NCBI GenBank assembly: GCA_965230295.1
Contig: OZ246001.1
Coordinates: 2,880,001 to 2,944,000 of the forward strand
Reading direction: 5' to 3'
Origin: Marinicella sp.
GTDB taxonomy: Bacteria > Pseudomonadota > Gammaproteobacteria > Xanthomonadales > Marinicellaceae
DNA: 64,000 bases
Part shown: positions 62,734 through 64,000 of the stretch, in pieces
How the letters are laid out: each line of letters begins with the position of its first letter
How positions within the stretch are numbered: the stretch's first letter is position 1
Made by a program: the position numbers and the translations under genes
Notes under the pieces: generated by a model
Database searches by the model: none
Seen by the model: only the letters and a program-made list of their open reading frames with translations
What the model was told of the DNA's origin: nothing

Positions 62734-64000
62734 ATGCTGTTCAACTCAATCACATTTTTGCTGTTTTTTGCTTGGGTGATTTTGGTTCATTATTCGGCAT
62801 TGAATTGGTCATTGAAGAAATCGCATTTGTTGATGGCAAGCTACCTGTTTTATGCCGCATGGAACCCACCCTTTGTGATTTTGTTGTGGCTATCAACCTT
62901 GGTGGATTGGCAGGTGGCCAACAAAATTCATCAACAGCAAGACCCCAAAAAACGCAAACACTGGCTTTGGCTCAGTTTGGGCGTCAACCTGGGGATGTTG
63001 GTGGTGTTCAAATATGCAGGCTTCCTGCTGGCTAATTTCAATGCGCTGTTACAGTCTTTAAACATTGAAATCACTTTCGCAGACCCGGGGTTGATTCTGC
63101 CCATGGGCATTTCATTTTTTACCTTTCAAACACTGTCATATACGCTGGATGTGTATTACAAAAGACTAAAACCTTGGCACAGTTTCAAAGATTACGCCCT
63201 GTTTGTCAGCTTTTTTCCTCAATTGGTCGCAGGTCCCATTGTGAGGGCAAGGAACTTTTTACCCCAGTTAGTCTCCCAGAGCAAAATTGCTTTCAACCAG
63301 TTTTCAGTCGGGATCTGCTTTTTCATCATAGGTTTGTTTCAAAAGTCTGTCATGGCAGATGGTTTTTTCGCGCCTGTGGTGGATCAGGTGTTTGCCAACC
63401 ACGAATCACTGGATTCGACTTCATCATGGTTGGGGTCACTGTTTTTCAGTGCCCAGATCTTTTGTGATTTCTCTGGATATTCTTTGTGCGCCATCGGCGT
63501 GGCCATGTGTTTGGGCTTTCAATTACCCATCAACTTCAAGTCACCATTTGCGGCCATCGGTTTTTCAGATTTGTGGCGCCGGTGGCACATCTCCTTGTCT
63601 TCATGGTTAAGAGATTATTTATACATTCCATTGGGTGGAAACCGTAATGGTCAACTCAAGCGCTATCGGAATTTGATGTTGACCATGTTGTTAGGTGGTT
63701 TGTGGCATGGGGCGGCATGGACATTCGTTTTGTGGGGTGTGTTACATGGATCCTTTTTAATCATTGAGCAGCTGTTGAAAAAATGGGTTCCTGCTGATGG
63801 AGTCCATACTTCAAAGTTGGGGCAATTTGTTCTGGGTCTGTTAACATTTTTTGCTGTTATGCTGGCCTTTGTGGTCTTCAGGGCTGAGAATGTAACACAA
63901 GCTTGGCACATCATATCTGCCATGTTCGTCTCTAACAGTACACGACCATTGATTCAACAAGATGCGTGGTTATGGATTGTTTTGAGTGCATTTTTATTGA
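62734..64000 (+). CDS. MBOAT family O-acyltransferase (AlgI/DltB-like); runs off the window end and is absent from the ORF track
   Basis: Read manually from ATG 62734: MLFNSITFLLFF...LPMGISFFTFQTLSY...FFPQLVAGPIVR...QIFCDFSGYS...LWRRWHISLSSWLRDYLYIPLGGNR...GGLWHGAAW. Confidence 0.93.
   Translation, partial: MLFNSITFLLFFAWVILVHYSALNWSLKKSHLLMASYLFYAAWNPPFVILLWLSTLVDWQVANKIHQQQDPKKRKHWLWLSLGVNLGMLVVFKYAGFLLANFNALLQSLNIEITFADPGLILPMGISFFTFQTLSYTLDVYYKRLKPWHSFKDYALFVSFFPQLVAGPIVRARNFLPQLVSQSKIAFNQFSVGICFFIIGLFQKSVMADGFFAPVVDQVFANHESLDSTSSWLGSLFFSAQIFCDFSGYSLCAIGVAMCLGFQLPINFKSPFAAIGFSDLWRRWHISLSSWLRDYLYIPLGGNRNGQLKRYRNLMLTMLLGGLWHGAAWTFVLWGVLHGSFLIIEQLLKKWVPADGVHTSKLGQFVLGLLTFFAVMLAFVVFRAENVTQAWHIISAMFVSNSTRPLIQQDAWLWIVLSAFLL

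Noticed and set aside
62772-63923. Four short ORFs at the window end suggesting a pseudogene
   Set aside because: They are off-frame or antisense shadows of the intact MBOAT frame starting at 62734.

Overview
Mostly core chromosome of a moderately AT-rich gammaproteobacterium; gene content and protein style suggest a marine Marinicella/Xanthomonadales-like organism (inference only). Housekeeping blocks are tyrA, sucA-sucB-lpdA, lolC/E-lolD-comEC, desA, pdxH, leuS-lptE-holA and a partial MBOAT gene. There are no tRNA/rRNA genes, transposases, integrases or cas genes. Main leads: (1) four unrelated large Sec-exported proteins (FG-GAP propeller, cadherin-like/Big_9 protein, 3024-aa Ig-repeat protein, DUF11 protein) all end in a short D/Q-x-[IV]-[FY]-[KR]-[DS]-[GDT]-[FL]-[DE] motif and have no other recognisable export or anchor domain, suggesting a C-terminal sorting signal; (2) six near-identical 104-bp structured non-coding units lie between the lpdA stop codon and the operon terminator, each copying the lpdA 3' end; (3) an unannotated sigma54-promoter/three-hairpin/terminator unit at about 27281-27412 looks like an sRNA gene; (4) a second structured intergenic element at 54326-54492; (5) an ECF sigma + Ser/Thr kinase-TPR cassette upstream of one motif-bearing protein; (6) a lipoprotein with four 4-Cys repeats. 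All calls are by eye from sequence motifs; no database searches were run.
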